Shown here: piece by piece, positions 62,343 to 64,000 of the stretch
Layout: the number at the start of each line of letters is the position of its first letter
Numbering within the stretch: position 1 is the first letter of the stretch
Source of the DNA: Mytilus californianus
Taxonomy: Eukaryota
Length of the DNA: 64,000 bases
Direction of reading: 5' to 3'
Assembly (NCBI RefSeq): GCF_021869535.1
Contig: NW_026262745.1
Span: 24,180,001-24,244,000 of the forward strand
Translations under genes and position numbers: made by a program
Notes under the pieces: generated by a model
The model's database searches: none
What the model saw: the letters and a program-made list of their open reading frames with translations, nothing else
What the model was told of the DNA's origin: nothing

Positions 62343-64000
62343 AACTGACGCATTCAAGCTTTTTCTGCGCTTAAGAATTGAATAAAATTTGACAAAAAGA
62401 ATATTTTCTGTTGAAACATTTGAACGTTTTGTATATAATTGAAGAAATAACAAATCACTGTTTCCTAGGGTGAAGCGTAGTCCTATGAAAGTCATGCATT
62501 GACTTAACGAATGTTCAATAGAAATTTCGCAATTCGTAACACTTTGCAAGATAAGACAACCAGAGTAACGTATTTTTCGTATTACTTATTCATATCAACC
62601 ACCCATTAGAGGAAAATAGATAACAGTCCACACTTTAAGAGAATGACATTTATTGCGAAGAAAAGAAACATAACTGTTTTCATGTATTTTACTGTATATT
62701 TCAGCATATATATCGCCCTTGTTATTGTTATTTTTTGCATTTGTGATTATACCAGAATGATGTTTTGAGAGTTTAAAACCAATAGCGTTCTCATGGAGAA
62801 CTTTGGAATTTTCATTTTAGATGGCGTATAAATTCTTGTTTGTTGAAACTTACATAAATCTTAATTTAGTTAGCATATTTTTTTTCAGTATCCAATATCA
62901 AAATGTGGACTTCCATATATCTTCGCATTATTCTTTAGGTTGAGTAGATTTTTAATCCTATATCACTTGCATACAAAGCTTTAACTGATTTTTTAGAGAC
63001 CAATTATCAATTCTTAATGATCTTTACTTTTGATTATTTTCACGCCCAAATTACCAAAATTTTGATTATTTCCTAATATAAAAGTGTATTGGTATTTGAG
63101 AAGCCAAAATATAGGGGTTTTTTATTATTAAAATCGCTTTATGCTGGCTTTTCAATGACTTACGAATACCATTTATTGTGCGGTCATGTGTTTTAACTAA
63201 CTGTTTTTTATTCTGTATCTTCTAAACTAACATAATCAGCTACAATATAAACTGTAACCTTAACATTGTCAACACCACATATTTTTGAAATGTATAAGCC
63301 AAGAGCTCGAAATATTGTGAGCTTTAATCAGTTGCCACAAAACGACAGCCATTATGAGACGTTTAAACATTGAACGCACATACATGTATATGCATGTCAA
63401 TACATATTTTGGTAAATTAACAGAAAGTTTGAAGCATTTTCAATTTTCTCTTTTTTGCTGCTTCAATGGTAACAGCAGCAATTTTGAAAATTCCAAAGTG
63501 AAATTGCACCTCTACTCATGCTAGTTAACTTTTCTGTTAAGTTTGATAAAGTTTGGAGCATTTTTGCTTTTTCCATGGTAACAGTGACCATTTCCAAAAT
63601 TCCAAAGATAGATGCAATATTGTTAAATGACGGGGAACATACTATTAAAAGGTTTCACTGGGTATGACCGTCCATGTTAAGTGAGAAAATGCTACTTTAA
63701 AGATTTCTCCATAGGGTTTACTGGGATACATTCGCCCTGTTTCCATAGTAATGGCGGCCAGTTTAAAATTTCTAAATATTGTCTGCACATCAAGGCATAA
63801 CAGGCAACATTTCTATATAGTTTCGTTTGGTTGGGTCGTATAATAAAATTTCGAATTTTTTAATTTTTTCATATTTTTGCAGTTTCCATGGTAACTTTAA
63901 AAAATTCCAAAGTCCATATACACTGTCTTACAATATAAGAAAGAAAATATTGATTTTCCCCCGAAAAGGTTAAAGGTTTGAGGTCGTTAATACAAATCAG

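Noticed and set aside
61201-64000. Remaining exons of gene C (expected PTK..LY..W exon)
   Set aside because: No matching exon recognised; the region looks like non-coding TE-derived sequence, so the gene probably continues beyond the window (or is truncated).

Overview
AT-rich eukaryotic genomic DNA with GT-AG introns. The repeat landscape looks like a bivalve, most likely a Mytilus mussel (inferred from recalled repeat families, not from a search). I reconstructed four + strand protein-coding genes by hand from splice sites and reading phases. (1) An intact 4-coding-exon HSPA12-type atypical Hsp70 (2440-13578, 579 aa). (2, 3) Two complete, highly diverged genes with a C-terminal MIEAP (mitochondria-eating protein/SPATA18-type) domain: A at 17028-21088 (8 exons, 399 aa) and B at 27689-33466 (7 exons, 446 aa). 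(4) The first three coding exons of a third paralog C (47529-61200), which runs off the window. The rest is mobile DNA: several Helentron/HINE-like non-autonomous elements, some nested and some carrying internal satellite arrays; MITEs; a 475-bp foldback element with a 9-bp TSD; Penelope-like RT fragments; LINE fragments; a broken DDD transposase; and a ~375-nt hammerhead-ribozyme retrozyme. The main hypothesis is that the MIEAP C-terminal domain aligns by eye with the head domain of the Hsp70 nucleotide-exchange factor GrpE. The locus may therefore be a linked module of an atypical Hsp70 plus GrpE-like partners with variable N-termini, possibly IRF-inducible. This is inference and needs structural and genome-wide tests.
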